Shown: one piece after another, positions 22,427-35,625 of the stretch
Layout of the letters: every line of letters begins with the position of its first letter
Numbering within the stretch: the first letter of the stretch is position 1
Source: Massalongia carnosa
Lineage: Eukaryota
Assembly: GCA_965645245.1 (NCBI GenBank)
Contig: OZ287080.1
Coordinates: 372,001-436,000, forward strand
Reading direction: 5' to 3'
Length of the DNA: 64,000 nucleotides
Position numbers and translations under genes: made by a program
Notes under the pieces: model-generated
Database searches by the model: none
What the model was told of the DNA's origin: nothing
The model's input: only the letters and a program-made list of their open reading frames with translations

Positions 22427-23985
22427 TCTGCAGAGCAAATATGTCTCGGGAGGGGGGGGGATTCTCTTGGAGGAAACGGCCCACCAGGCTTCTACGAGGG
22501 TTGGGGGGGTGTACTATCTTCATGAAGCCCGTCTTTGCGTTGGAGTTGGACTGTTGAGTGTGGAGAAAGGGGAAATGGAGGTGAATTAGACATGCCCCCG
22601 GCCGTGGAGGCTAAGGCTACGGGGGGTTGGTCGACGGATAGGCTGGGTTAGGTGGTTTAAGTATGTTGTATAGTATCGGTGGCTGGGATATGGTGTATAT
22701 ATATATGATTAACTGACGATGAGGTCGGTACTGATGCTCGTGCTGGTGTTACAGCTAGGGACTGAAAGATCGGAATGATGATAACAAGATCGTATGTATA
22801 TTCCGTTGAAAAAGGGGTTTTTTTAAATTGTTGTTAATAAAAGGATAGGGGTTGGATGAAATGGGAGCAGAAGCCATTTAAACGAAGATCGGGAGAAAGA
22901 GCTGGCTCTTTGGGGGTATGTATGTACACCTATACCCCCCCCGCTTATTATTTTATTTGTATCACCTTTAAAATAAAAAATAAAAAAATAGATGGCCCAC
23001 CAGGCACAATCGTCACGAGAAAAGAACAGCTCACGCCAGCGCCATCAGCCAAGCCGGAAAACTGAAGAGGACCAGAAGCAGAAAACTTAATGTTAGGTTG
23101 TTTCATGACACGCCTAACAACTTCCGCTCTCCCCCGAACCCGAAACCGAAATCGAGACCGAATCGCAGTTGGTTTCAACACGTGTAGAATAATTTCACAC
23201 ACACGGCATGCAAACAGCGCAGGGGGGAAGTGCAGGATAGATAGCGCTAGCCGAGGTCTCCGTAAACGGGAGAACTCAGATAGACAGATCAGAAAGACCA
23301 AGAACGAACGAGGAAGAACCCATCTAGCAGCGAGATCTACAAGTGCCGGTGCGCCCAAGCCACGTACTCGGAAAAATGGGGGTTCTGGAGATTGGTAGTT
23401 GGGTGGGCGAGGGGATCTGAATTTTAGGTTTATTTACACGAGTTCGTTGAGGGGAACGATGAAGTAGCCTTGCCCTCCTACCCTGGTTCACTCCGCTGGG
23501 GCAGGCGCGCAGAATAGATTACAGGCTTGCTTAATAGAATAGACTAGGCGGGGCTGGCAGGGTGAGCTGAGCTGAGGTTATGGGCTCGGAGAGATATAGA
23601 ATACATAGGGGGGCTCTCGTGCGGGAGAAGAGACTGCTGTTCAGGACTGGTGGATGTTGCTTTGTCCGGGTGCTTTGGAATTCGGGCGGTTGCGAGGTGT
23701 TAAGTTTTTATCGTCGTGAGATATGCCGTCCAAAAGGGGGGGGGCGGGGGGAAAGGGGGTTGGTTGGCTCGCTAGATAACACACTAGTCACACAATCGTG
23801 GCCCTGAGCCTTTCGGTCTAGAGAATACGGGGACCGTCTTCTGTTATTTGGGCATGTTTGGGGGAGCGACAATGGGATTTTGCACAGAGCGGCAAACAGG
23901 TTGCCTAGTTCTCTAGAGGCGATAGGTTATCTAATGCGGAAAATATATTCGCGGGACTTGACACTTTCCAGAGAGAGAGAATAGT

Positions 23986-24981
23986 CTACTTCTTTTCAAA
24001 CCCTGCCCGCCATGCATTGGCGTACACGTCCACCCCTTGCAAAAACCCTCTCCGCGACGGTGCCCATCCCAACAACGTCTTGGCCTTCCCCGAATCCCCC
24101 ACCACGCTCGCTCCCACCGCCTCGCTGACCACATCTCCCTCCTTGGGCCCTACTAACTCGACCTTCCCGTGGAACCCAAACACCCTCGCCGCACCCTCGA
24201 TGATGGCGCGCACACTCTCGACCTGGCTCACAATGTCGAAGACGGGGTAGACGCCCGTTCCAGCCAATTGTGGGAGCTTCTCGATCACGGCCTGAATGCC
24301 TGACGCTATGTCATCCACGTGGGCGAGGCCAACGGTGCCGAGGGGGTCCAGGTGGATTTTTACTTTTTCCGGCTGAGGCTGGGCAGTCGCAGCATGAAGT
24401 GCGGTGGACAAAGGCCCTGTCCAGATACCCGCGACTCCGCCGAAGGTAAGAGCAGCGCGCACAACCGCCGTGTCGAGCACGGTCTGGATATCGCGCGAGA
24501 GCACCAAACGTTCGATTTCCGGGCGCCAGCTCACCATGGTGACGGGCGGGTTTTTGGCCTCGGAGGTACCGACAAATGGATCCTGATCGCTGACAGCCGC
24601 GTGGCTGGACCCATGGAGCCACATACCGCTGACATAGACATAACCAAGCTTAGGGCCCGCGGGCACGCCCACCTTGCTGTATTTTTCCAGGCGCTTTTTG
24701 GCCGCATCGGCGATGAGATGGAGCAAATTGGCACTGTCACCATAGACGGCGGCGGCGTCGACGACGACGCTGATCTCGGGGTGGTGATCGAGGAGATCGA
24801 GGAAGGCTTTGGGGTCTTGGACGGAGCCTAGGACAGGGATAATTTCCTGAACAGCGAGGGATTGGGCTTTTGCAGACGAGCGAGCAAGGCCGTAGACAGT
24901 ATGATTGCCGCTGCGTACGAGAGACTGAGCCAGTGCGTTACCAATGGTACCTGTGGCGCCAAGGACGAGGATATGAGGCAT
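23986..24981 (-). CDS. NAD(P)-dependent epimerase/dehydratase family protein (extended SDR)
   Basis: N-terminal Rossmann motif ILVLGATGTIG, GLARS, YVSGMWLHG, HVDDIA, KAKTLLGWAP; 331-aa single ORF. Confidence 0.88.
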   Translation of the reverse strand: MPHILVLGATGTIGNALAQSLVRSGNHTVYGLARSSAKAQSLAVQEIIPVLGSVQDPKAFLDLLDHHPEISVVVDAAAVYGDSANLLHLIADAAKKRLEKYSKVGVPAGPKLGYVYVSGMWLHGSSHAAVSDQDPFVGTSEAKNPPVTMVSWRPEIERLVLSRDIQTVLDTAVVRAALTFGGVAGIWTGPLSTALHAATAQPQPEKVKIHLDPLGTVGLAHVDDIASGIQAVIEKLPQLAGTGVYPVFDIVSQVESVRAIIEGAARVFGFHGKVELVGPKEGDVVSEAVGASVVGDSGKAKTLLGWAPSRRGFLQGVDVYANAWRAGFEKK

Positions 24982-27900
24982 GATGGGCTGGGTGTGGCTG
25001 GAGATTGGACGTGAAATATAGAGATGCTATCTGCAATGCCTCAGTTAGGTAATGTAGGTCGAGCGGGTTGGAGGAGACTTGTAATGGCGCGTGCCTGCCC
25101 TCCTTATATTCACTACGCTCAGCAGCTCAGAAAATCCCCCCACTTCATTTTCAAGCCCTGCCTCTTCCGCGGTATCCCGAGCCGCGAAAAATTCACGTCA
25201 TCCTGTGGCTGCCTTGCTCTAACAGAAGAAGCACACTATGCAAAGATGGGACCAGATGGACCGTTTTGCATGAGCCATGAGCTTTGGTGCATTATGTACG
25301 TAAGAATAGTCTTTGGCTGATATCAATGTTGGATTTCCTAATGGCCGGGACATCCCGACTGGAAGCGACCTCTAGACTATCTTTATGCTAGCTTAATAAA
25401 GCGAACCTATAGCAGTTAGCTAGAGAGTTAGGCTCTGTCGGTTAAGCAGTCACGGCAGTTTAAGCCGATCGGTGTTTTATGAAAGCGAAGCTCCGCGAGT
25501 TTCTAAGCCACGCTAACGATAGCTCGTTCCGTGGCTCCGTCTTCCGAGTTGCGTTTACACTCGGTGCTTAAGAGCCAGGTACGCCCGTAAGTTCATAACC
25601 TTCTAGTCAATCTGTATAGATCACAACATTCTAGAGTAGCTTTCCGAGAATGCCAAAGCAGATTCTACAGACCGTTTCTCCGTGGATCTTGTCTAAAACC
25701 TTTAGGGTACAACTTATAAATGCAGCCAAGCGTCACCCGCCATCAATATCAATTCGTACTTTAGCTTGAGTTCGGCAATGAAGCGAGCTGAGTGGCCACG
25801 AGGAACTTTTTCGTAGAGAAATCGTTAGCATTGTCAATGTCTTCACGGATAGAGTTGGTGGGGTGCCTCATCGTTCAGCTTTGGTGGCAGACTTTAAGAC
25901 AGTTCAAGACTGACCAGATGGAAGAACCCAACTTTGCAACAGCGCCATTGCCACCACATCAACGATGATAGCATAATATGAAGCCCGCAATAGCTGCATG
26001 CCTCCTTTAAAACAGTGTTGGTATTCTTATCAGGCCATAAAGGCTAACTAGGCTGCAAGTCAATGGCCTCTTTGCAATCTTTCTTTTGAGCCGTGGAAGG
26101 AAAAATTTTAATTTCAACCGTCTGATTCTCTAATCCACTGTATTTTTGAAGATCAAATGTCTCTTTACATTGACACATGTTACAGCAGCTTTGAACGTGG
26201 AAAAAATGGACAATCCTTGAGTTGTTGGTTCTATTAACAAACGAAGCAGACATATTCCTTCAAGGTTATATTCTGCCACCCTATGAAGCAGGACTATGGC
26301 GGCCTGCAGGGTTTGGAGCCAACACGTATGTTCAATAACCGTTCAAACAAAAGTCCGATCATCGTTCGTTATTAGTCTTCTCATCAAACGGCTGAGGGTC
26401 AGCTGTCTTGACATCTGAAGGCGTCGTGTGACATTGCATGGTTCTTGCTTCATGGCCATAAGAAGATCCGAGCATTCAAGTTTAGATTTCTATTCCTCTA
26501 ACGTTGTATCGAGCTACACGCGCTAGACGCCCATACACGTGATGTTAATTTTCAAAACTTATGAGTTGAAAGTCTCATCAATTAATGCATAGGACTAATC
26601 AAGACTCGTGGCCCTGCAGCTACAAAAGGTGTCTCAGACTCTTACAGCGCCTGATTGAAGCACAGAACTCGCAGGGTCGGTGGAGGTAAGTAGAGTGGTT
26701 GTTGAAAGGTTGAAACTCCTACCTTATCAGGGTTAGCCAGGTCTAGATTTCTTATTATACCACAAACTTGAAGCGGGATGGGCAAGAAACTCACCATCGG
26801 CGGTTTAATGCTGGCATTTAATAGGCAATTATCTGTAAGTGAGTCGGTGAAGGGCCTTTCAACCTTACATCAACACTTTGGAGAAACAACAGAACATGGC
26901 GACCTTATACTGCAAGCTCAGACATTTAAATGCACAATCGTTTTCGCTATACAAAATTATACCGATCCACTTGGCGTTCCATCTCGTACTTACTCACCCA
27001 CCGTGTTTGAACCTTGGAGTCTTTTGTGAGTATGAATCCATTCCACCGCTCTAAGCACATATAAAGTTGTAAAGATCATTCCCCGCAGTGCATCAGAAAA
27101 AATGCCTCAGGAACCAGCCTAGGACTTATTCACTGGCGTTGCGTTGGCATTTGTCATGTCTTGCAATGCCATCGAAGAAATCCTGTACCTTTAAGATACG
27201 ATCCAGTCTACAAAATGTACAATGCCTTCTGTTCAGTTCTCAGGCGGCGAAGATATCAATGTATTTGGGTGATACAGGTTTTAACGGAGACTAAACATGC
27301 GAACAGCATTAAAGAAAAAGTCTAAGTTACCCGGTTCTCTTCCTGCGTCGCCAAAAAGACCACCAACGTTTAAATGTCGGAAGATGTATCGAATGAAATC
27401 ATGCCACTGAAAAAAATTAAAATAAAAACTGGGTCACACCTGAACAGCAAAAGGGCACTGAAACACTCGCCCTTAAGGAATTGAAACCCCGAGCAGGTAC
27501 GGCACGTCTAGTGATCGCCTCAGTGTTAAAAACTGGCTTCATGACCACTAGACCACCTCATTCGGCTGTCAATATCACTTTAAGCACAATTATAGTATAT
27601 ATTCTCTGATAATCTGTTTTCGAAATAGAACTAGGTAATCATGGGTATATTCTAAGTGTTTGAATGGTGAACAAATCTGAAGTGACCAGGACCCCGATTA
27701 AATCTAGCTTACCAGCATTCCGATATCCACAACGAGCTTAAGTAGAGGGCGCTCGTCTGCCTTTATACACATAGTCATACATACATACACGGAACCACGG
27801 AATGCTTCCTGGTTAACTGAAGGAAGAATAACCGGAACGGATCCAGGTATACTTATGTGTTTGCACGTTTCAGAAGGAAGAAAGCGGAGATGGGAAGTAA

Positions 27901-28408
27901 CTAGGGGTTCCGGATCTACCGACGCAGAAGGGTGGGGGGGGTGTTAATACTGAGGAATGGGGGGTTTGAACTACTATGGGGAGATATTCCCCCTTTTTCC
28001 AACAGGGGGTTGGGCAGAGGGGCAAGCGGGGGTAGGAATGGACTGGAAGGAGGGGCGGGCGAGGTTCGGTTCTTCGTTGAAACCGGTGGGAGCATTGGAG
28101 ACGGTACAAAGCGATGTGGTTGCTGACAACAAAGTCAATAAGTTAAGTCAAGGATTCCTAAGCAAATCACTGCGCTAAGAGGTCAAAAGATAGCGTGGTT
28201 ATTGGCAGCAAGGATCTGCATATACAATCATGATCATCTCTTTCATCTACGCTATCGCGAAAATCTCCGGTTGAGGCTGGAGAAGGCTCATGGTACAGCG
28301 TGATATCTCGTCCCTTTGATTCTCAATTCTTATATTGAATCAAGAACTCAAGGGGTATAGATTTACGTCGTTCGACGGAGTAGTACGGATATCCACTGAA
28401 TAGATCGT

Positions 28409-29505
28409 CTAAATAGAATCTCCTGGCGTCGCTTCTATACCGGTCTGGGTGTCACTTGCGGCGACAGGCTGGTCAAGCGGACCATATCCGGCGCTTTGTT
28501 GTGGGATAATATTATCAGCGCTTGCTTGGATGAGCGGTGACATATCTGTTTCGGGTCCGAATTGATCAAGTAAATAGTCGCCGCTGTTGCCTAGCAGATT
28601 ATCCCAGTTCTTTCCCGCATTCGCTTCCGTACGTATATCCGGGAACAGAGAGTCTTTTCCTCCGTTTGCTTGAAGGTCGCTAGGAAGAGCTCCGAGCTCT
28701 AGCGCTTGGCCTGGCATGCTGTCTCCTGCGTTCCCCTGATCCTTACAATACCCATTACTGTCTTCGCGGTGTGAGCTCGCTGATACTTCGGTGGGTGACT
28801 GTAAATCAGTAAACGCGTCACTGCTTCTTTTCTCGTTGTTGCCTGGGACAGGGCATTCCTCTTGGGACGAGGGGACTTTTGGCTGCGAGGGGGCATAGAT
28901 CTTTTGAATCTCTTCGCGGGCTCGATCGATTCCTCCACGGACTTGTTCGATGATGGAGGAATCTGTTGGAGTTTCCTCTTGGCTGGCCTCTGGAGAGCGA
29001 CATCCTCTTCCTTTATCTAAGGCTGGAAATCTCGGATGTAGCTCCTTCATGTATGTTGTCAGTCTTCCATTGCGCGTGACGGGAATTTGCGATTCCGATG
29101 CGAGAATAGGTAAATAGCCTAACATAAGCATGCAAAACTTACAATCGCCTTGCAACAATATAGTCGATATTTTCCTTGCTGATAACAAACATAGTCGAAA
29201 ATCTTGAAGGTTTGAAGCCTGGAGACTGCATATAGTTTAGTTTCTAATTGCGATTACCTCTTTCAGGTGCCTCTGGCTAGAAGAAATCCTGACGTACAAT
29301 CGTAGCAGCCCACGGCAATGCCTCCCTCCTCATCGATCATGTTCGTGCAGCAAGTTTTACGCAAACCGTACGCACATGCATACTCTGGTATCTTTTGGGC
29401 TACAGGCACATCTTGCGGAAGATGACCTCTCCGCGCAAGTATGTGATTTTCAGGGAGGGAGCTGGCTGTTGCGACAATTATAATACACAGTAACAAAACA
29501 TTCAT
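28409..29505 (-). CDS. Secreted protein with 8-Cys hydrophobin-like N-terminal domain and long acidic tail, about 308 aa; exons 29505-29298, 29225-29143, 29044-28409
   Basis: Signal peptide MNVLLLCIIIVATASS; introns GTACGT..CAG and GTAAGT..CTGAC..AAG join in frame; Cys spacing C-X7-CC-X13-C-X15-C-X9-CC-X17-C. Confidence 0.7.
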
Positions 29506-30501
29506 CTTGAAGGATTTGGCCACTCCAAGGAAGAACCAGGTTCACACACTCGAAAGAAGAACACTCCTTCAACTCGGTGTTTCAGGCCTTGATTATGCAG
29601 GATGCCGTTGACAAAACGGCAGGAAACACATGACAAACGTAACCAATCCCGCAACGGGAATATAGTCCAAGACTTATCAAAAGAAACTGAACAAAAGAAA
29701 GTAGAAGATGATATCCGGTTGAGTGCCCTGCTGCAATGTGGAATGAAAGAATGTACGGAGTACCAGGTTGGTTTTTGAAGCTATTTCCTACCCGTTTCTA
29801 AGTTATGTAATTACTTGACTTGTTTCGATTGGTCGCTTAACTCAAGCATCCACATCCATTTTTGACATCCCTTTGCCTCCCAGCTGCTGCACATAAATAC
29901 TCCAGGATCACCTTATCACATCGTCATCGGATATTGACTGCCGATAAACAGCCACACAATACCAAAAAGAGCCCGCGATTTTTTTTTAAAAAAAAATGTG
30001 ACGTCACAAAGTCTAATCGAATAAGGTTCTTCAGTTATTCAATGCGCATGAATCTTGGCTCTCTCGCAAAGTCCCAGAAATCATGCGTTTCCAAGGTATC
30101 TGAAGCGGATTCTCCAGCCCTGGATGTCGGTCATGCATGAAACGATAAACCTTGGCGATCAATAACAACCTGCCGTGCTGCGGCGCATTGATTATTGGGA
30201 CGACAAGCTTCCTTCTCGGAAACATCACGATGATGTTCACAACGCTTGCCTGATGTCTCTGTCTGCTATCGTCCGAGGAGGTGGATGATAGAGGCTATAA
30301 GACTTCAATGTAAAGCTTTTTGATGTTCATGCAGAGCGTTTCACAAGCGACAAAGCCATCATGAGGAGGACGTATATAACCTACGAGGAATACCCGACTT
30401 CGTAAACCAGATTCCACAGCTTTCCTTACCTCATTCAGCAGAGACAAATCAAGCAATCACTACTTCGCTTCTATCGCTTTTTTTCAGCAGCCATCACAAC
30501 A

Positions 30502-31065
30502 ATGCGTACCGCAACCCTTCTCTCCACCCTAGCAGTCCTCATGCTCGCCCTTCCAGCCTACAGCCTTCCCCAAATGCTCAACGCAGCGATTCTGAAAAGG
30601 GCGCTCGCCAGCCGCGGCAACGGGTCCAACGCACTCAAATCCCGACACCCAGACGTGAGCCTTGCCCAGCGCGAGGCCTCGCCCATCGGGGCCCTTTGCC
30701 GTAATCACGCGGAGGAGTATCCCGAGCTCTGCGCGTGGTCGGACCCGGTGGACGAGGCAGAAGAGGATAGCAGCTTCGGTGATGATCGGCTCTACAACGA
30801 TCAGACGGGATATGACGCGCGCCGATCGGTGCGCGCGAAGGCGCGTAGACGAGTTGCTATAGGCGGTTGTGGAGGCTGGGGATCGTTATTAGTGTGCTTT
30901 GGGTGTGAAGGAGGAGGCTGGAAAAGAAGGTTAAAGGGCTTGATGGAGAGTGACGCGTTCGATATAAAGGCTGGCGAAGAGAGCGGGCAGGATGAGTCTT
31001 TGAGTTGGCTAAGGGGTGGTATTGGGGTTGCAGAGGGGAGGCGTAGCCAACCCCACTCAGTGTAA
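30502..31065 (+). CDS. Small secreted protein or propeptide-containing precursor
   Basis: Good start context (ACAACAATG), signal peptide MRTATLLSTLAVLMLALPAYS, KR and R-EA-SP sites; possible in-frame intron 30829-30969. Confidence 0.65.
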   Translation: MRTATLLSTLAVLMLALPAYSLPQMLNAAILKRALASRGNGSNALKSRHPDVSLAQREASPIGALCRNHAEEYPELCAWSDPVDEAEEDSSFGDDRLYNDQTGYDARRSVRAKARRRVAIGGCGGWGSLLVCFGCEGGGWKRRLKGLMESDAFDIKAGEESGQDESLSWLRGGIGVAEGRRSQPHSV

Positions 31066-32269
31066 ATCTAGAAATCACAGAATCCATTGGGGTTGGTTTT
31101 ATGCGATTGGGTACATACCTATCCGAGTCGTTCACATCCACTTGTTAATCTGTTTGGAAAGATCTTATACACATGCATGTAAGCTGCGCGGATCATACTA
31201 GGGCCTGAAAACTCCCCCGCATAATCTAAAAGCTCCCGCTCAGTTCTATTCATACAGGAATATCTACCTCAGCGTCCATGGCGTAATGAACGAATAACGC
31301 ACTACCTAGCTCAGGCCTTGGGAAATTTTCGAGGTTATCGACGACGCCAGTTCCGGTCTGGGTTTCATTCAGTAGGGATTCTCGGAGAACGCCATACATG
31401 GAATTGCAACAGGGGACTATCCTTTGCTGTGTTTCATGTCAGTCAAATGGAATAGAACTGCAGTCTATGAAGGATATAGTAAAGATTCTCATTTTAGGCC
31501 GGCTACGTACAACTCCTTGAGATCTCTTGCTCTCCCTGGATATTTAGTCCTATGACGCGGAGCGATATTATTAGCGTAGTATAGCTGGATTTACAAAAAA
31601 GGCTCCACCTACACAGTGTCTACTGCAATAGATTCGGCACTGGCTATCAATGTTGTTCTAACAAGTAACAATTTTCGTCAGACATCGGTAATTTAGATTA
31701 AAAGTGCAACAATGCCTCTTACGCAGGAATGAGCTCTCGTCTGGTACCCCCAGGGTATCAAAAAGTAGGACTTGTCGATGCAGTAATTGTAACAGGGGCA
31801 ATTTTTGTCTCGGCATTCGTACGTACGGACAGTATCTCTGGTCATTCATCCGTTGTTGCGGGCTTGAAGAACAGTATTGGCCGTCTTGGGCCTTCGCTGG
31901 GACAGGCAGGGCAGCCAAGACTTAGATATTGAAGCCTGTGCTTTGCAACAGGTGTAGACAGCCAACAGTAATCCAGACAATTTTTGTTCATGTAAGTACA
32001 GGAAGAATAAACTGCCAGCCAATATCTTTTTCGCTTCTCTTGTTTCGCTAGAGTGATAAGGGATCTAAACCCTGACTAATTTCTAGGTTTGATGCTTTTA
32101 ACTCGAAAAAATGCTGGTTCATGATCGTCGTCAGTGCTATTCTTAGATACAACTTATAACTCTGGTAGTCACACACATTATTCTACGTTAAGGCTTACAG
32201 CTTTGAGGGTGTTTATTCTATGCATATAAATTAGCCCCCTAGCCTGTGAAGCAAACCCCGAAACTCAGA

Positions 32270-32700
32270 AGATGCATCTCATACAGTTATCACTAATTGG
32301 GGCACAATTGCCGTCAGTGCATCAGCCACAGACACCCTTGACACAGTACTCATAACGGAAAGACCCATTGTCAAATATTTGTTTTGGGCAAAGCGTAACA
32401 CAAATCTTCGTCCCAGCATTGTTCACAGAAGTCCCGGTCATGACATGTATATTTACCGGTTTGTGTATTGCAGTCACAGTTCTGACATGCATCAATAGGG
32501 ACTACAACTTTCTTAAGCGGTCTGCATGCTATCAACTTAAGAACAGCACAGATGATGAAGTTGTAAGTAAGAAGGTGCATTATTATAAAAGACTTCTCAA
32601 GTATATAAATGCAATCCGTGCTAGCAATAATGTATTTATACCAAACGAAAAGGTATGCAACGGAGAATACCCGTGTGTGTACCCGCCTCGGCAACATAAG
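32270..32700 (-). pseudogene. Degenerate gene fragment with Cys-rich, ZZ zinc-finger-like remnants
   Basis: DACQNCDCNTQTGKYTCHDRDFCEQC followed by stops and a further LCQGC motif. Confidence 0.3.
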
Positions 32701-33699
32701 CTTGAAAATACAAGTGAGCAGCTAAGCAGCTAGGTTAAACTTAGCTCGTTCGCGGATTCAAAGAGACCTTCTGTCTGAAAGACTAGCGCGAACATTTAAT
32801 TGACTGAAAACAAGGAAGAATTCCCGTGGTGCCACGGCCTGGCACTTCTCGCGCCTCGAAAAATGGATGTGGGTAAGATCATTTCTTCAGCATAGTAAGT
32901 GGATCTTAAATTCCAAGAAGAAAAGAATTTTTGGTAACGGGAACATACAGAATGATCAAAGATGGAAACATGACGACAAAAACTTTGTGAACAAGCATGA
33001 ACCATAACTTCTTCGACATCTGTGGTTTCTGTCGTCGTACCCTGTACCGACTGTGGTGCTTGATTGAAGACAGAACAGGACGAATGCACCCAGTCACTAG
33101 GTAAGCGAGGATGCGAATCACTCTTGCTTTAAGTCCAAAACTTTTCGGTTGTAGACTTGTCAAAGTTTGAGCAAAAACAGTAGGATGAGCATACTACTCT
33201 CTAGTACTTGTCACATAGCCTCATAACCTCGCCTCCTGAAGGGCGAAAGCCATGTTTCTGGACAAATTTCTTATATTATTCTGCGTGACTCTAGGAGCTG
33301 CTAGAGTGGTTTTGATATTCATACAAACGAAGATCACGGGTATAAAAAGGAGCAGGCTCTGGAACCTGAAGTCCGAGGTAACATTAGGGAAGATTGAGCG
33401 CTGATATTTCTACCTTAATTGCGGCTAGACTCTTATCGATCGGCCCGTTTGGAGAAATATATTCAACATCGGAGTTCCGGCGGAGATACTGGGATTCATT
33501 TTGTCAGATAGAGTTGGGCAAAGGGCAATAGAAAATCTGTTGCTAATAGCCATTCTTGAAAATTCTCGTACAAGATTTCTAGTAGATTAGACTATAACTT
33601 CCTAAACATGATGAGCACCGAAATACTAACTAATATCTGAAATTCATTTGGGCTAATTCGTATAATTTGCCTCAAGGCTCGTTAGCGACTGGCATCAAT

Positions 33700-35625
33700 G
33701 TGGTGAGGTGTATATCCTATACTATAGAATTTTCCATCAGCATCCATTCAAGTAGCTCCTCATCCAGGGAATTCAAACCTCCTAAATTCGTGATAGTAGC
33801 TGCAACATGCTGCCAGAAGCCGCACCTACTCTTACAAGTCAAATCGTCGGTTATAGATATAAACCCTTAATCAGTTGCATCCAAAACATTAGTCAGCGCA
33901 TCCCATGTATTCTCTGACCGCAGTCAAGTAATAGCTGGCGGAATGTTGTTTTCTTATATCGGCTGTGATCATCCGTTCTGGTGTGAGAAATCAAATTGGA
34001 CTGATACGCTTGCGCGAAAGATCCAAAACCTGGACTTATCGGAATCGAGACAGCGCACCCAAGAAACAACAGGTTCACATTGAGATTTCAAAATCTTGAA
34101 ATATCGGTACCGTGAAGACCCGGCGTAGCTGAATACTGCATGTTCCAGTTCTTGCCCTCCGGAAAGCTAGCGAACATTTCATTGAAAAGACGAATCGCCT
34201 TCGAAGTCTATAAATCTGTCCCTCTCAGTCAAGTATTTACGATTTGTACCGCCGAAGATCGGGGGGTACTGTGCTTCAATCGTCGAGTTAACGCCTGCAG
34301 CTGTAGCGTATGCAGGCAAGCTCTCGTCAATGAAGTCATTATAGACTTGGTCTGGAACAATGGTACTATTGACAAATATATCTGCCTCTTGTGATACGAT
34401 GCTAAGGATGACTGAGCTTAGGCCTTTCCAATGGTTTCCTGTTAAGAGGTAGCAGCAACCAGAGGAACATCCATTAGCACGTGCAGAAAAAAGGTCTCCA
34501 TGAGTACCTATGCACCGCCTGTTTCGCAAAGGAGAAGAGCATCCTTGGCTGATTGATTTCAGATTACCGGTCAAGCCCCAATAGCCAAGCTGACCGAACA
34601 CAAACGAAACGCGAAATCTGGACATAACAGAAGCAAATTTAAGGCTTGCCAGCTATCGCACGAATTTCCCATCAGCCACAGGCCTGGCGTATGAGCCCCT
34701 TATGGAGTTTTATTATTTAGAGCTATATTGGCGGATTCAAGCGTGGCCATGCTGGCTACTCGGAGATAGGCCGCGCCCTGCCTAGCCAGCACATCCGGCC
34801 AGGGCTGCAAACTTCTGGAAAGTTTTCTCCAGGCTCCCTTCATGATCAAATTTAGGTTGAATGCTGGGCTCTGCAACATAGCTTTTGAGAAAAGAGGATC
34901 CTGTGTACCGCCGAAAGCAGTAAGCTGGTGAAAAATGAAGCCTGCTCCGACTGATTCGCCCCAAGCGCTAACCTGGCCATTGTCGCCACCTACTAGGTGA
35001 ACGTAGTCTTGGATCCATTGAAGCGCTGCCCTTTGATCGTATAAACTTACTTTTGGGAGCCCTTGGACTTCCATAGTTGTGCCAGCTAGGAACCTATAAG
35101 CCCTGAGCTTTAAACTTATTAGCTGTGAAGCAATTTAAGCTTACTCTATAGTTACTAGCAACGAATATAATGTTCCCTTTCGATACTTCGATCAACTCTT
35201 TGCCGTTTTAGCAAAAGCAGAAGAGGCTCAAATTGATCCTTGTCTCCAAATACATACCCTCCTTCGTAGAACCATGATATAATAGGTAACTATATAGCGC
35301 TGATTACTTTAGGGAAGATCTAGGTTTTTTCATGTCCAATGAAACCAAACCTTCGGAACTCGGACGAAAGAGGGAATATGAAATGTCCTGGATCAAAGAT
35401 CCGTCAACTGGTGGAGCAGGCTTAGCCCACCTTGAATCCCCAATAGGCGGAGCCCCGAAGCGAATATTTTGAATGCGTAGAGCTGCAGGGGATTCACAGT
35501 TATTCAGGATGAGTAATAGGAGAAGCGTGGTTGCACGCCAAGTCCTGTAGGGTAAAGTTAGTGTAGGAAAACTACTTACACGTCTTTCAAAATTGATTCC
35601 AAACTCCAAAGAGGCTGCTATGCAT
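33700..35625 (-). pseudogene. Type-B carboxylesterase/lipase pseudogene
   Basis: NIRFGAPPIGDSRWAKP, GGYVFGDK, FVASNYR, LYDQRAALQWIQDYVHLVGGD, catalytic GESVG, FSKAMLQSPAF; fragments in different frames with stops. Limits approximate. Confidence 0.8.

Noticed and set aside
22250..22589. ORFs with CMYV repeats
   Set aside because: Translation of the (TATG)n microsatellite.
25300..27800. Short ORFs in a long intergenic stretch
   Set aside because: No recognisable domains, repeats or splice-consistent model.
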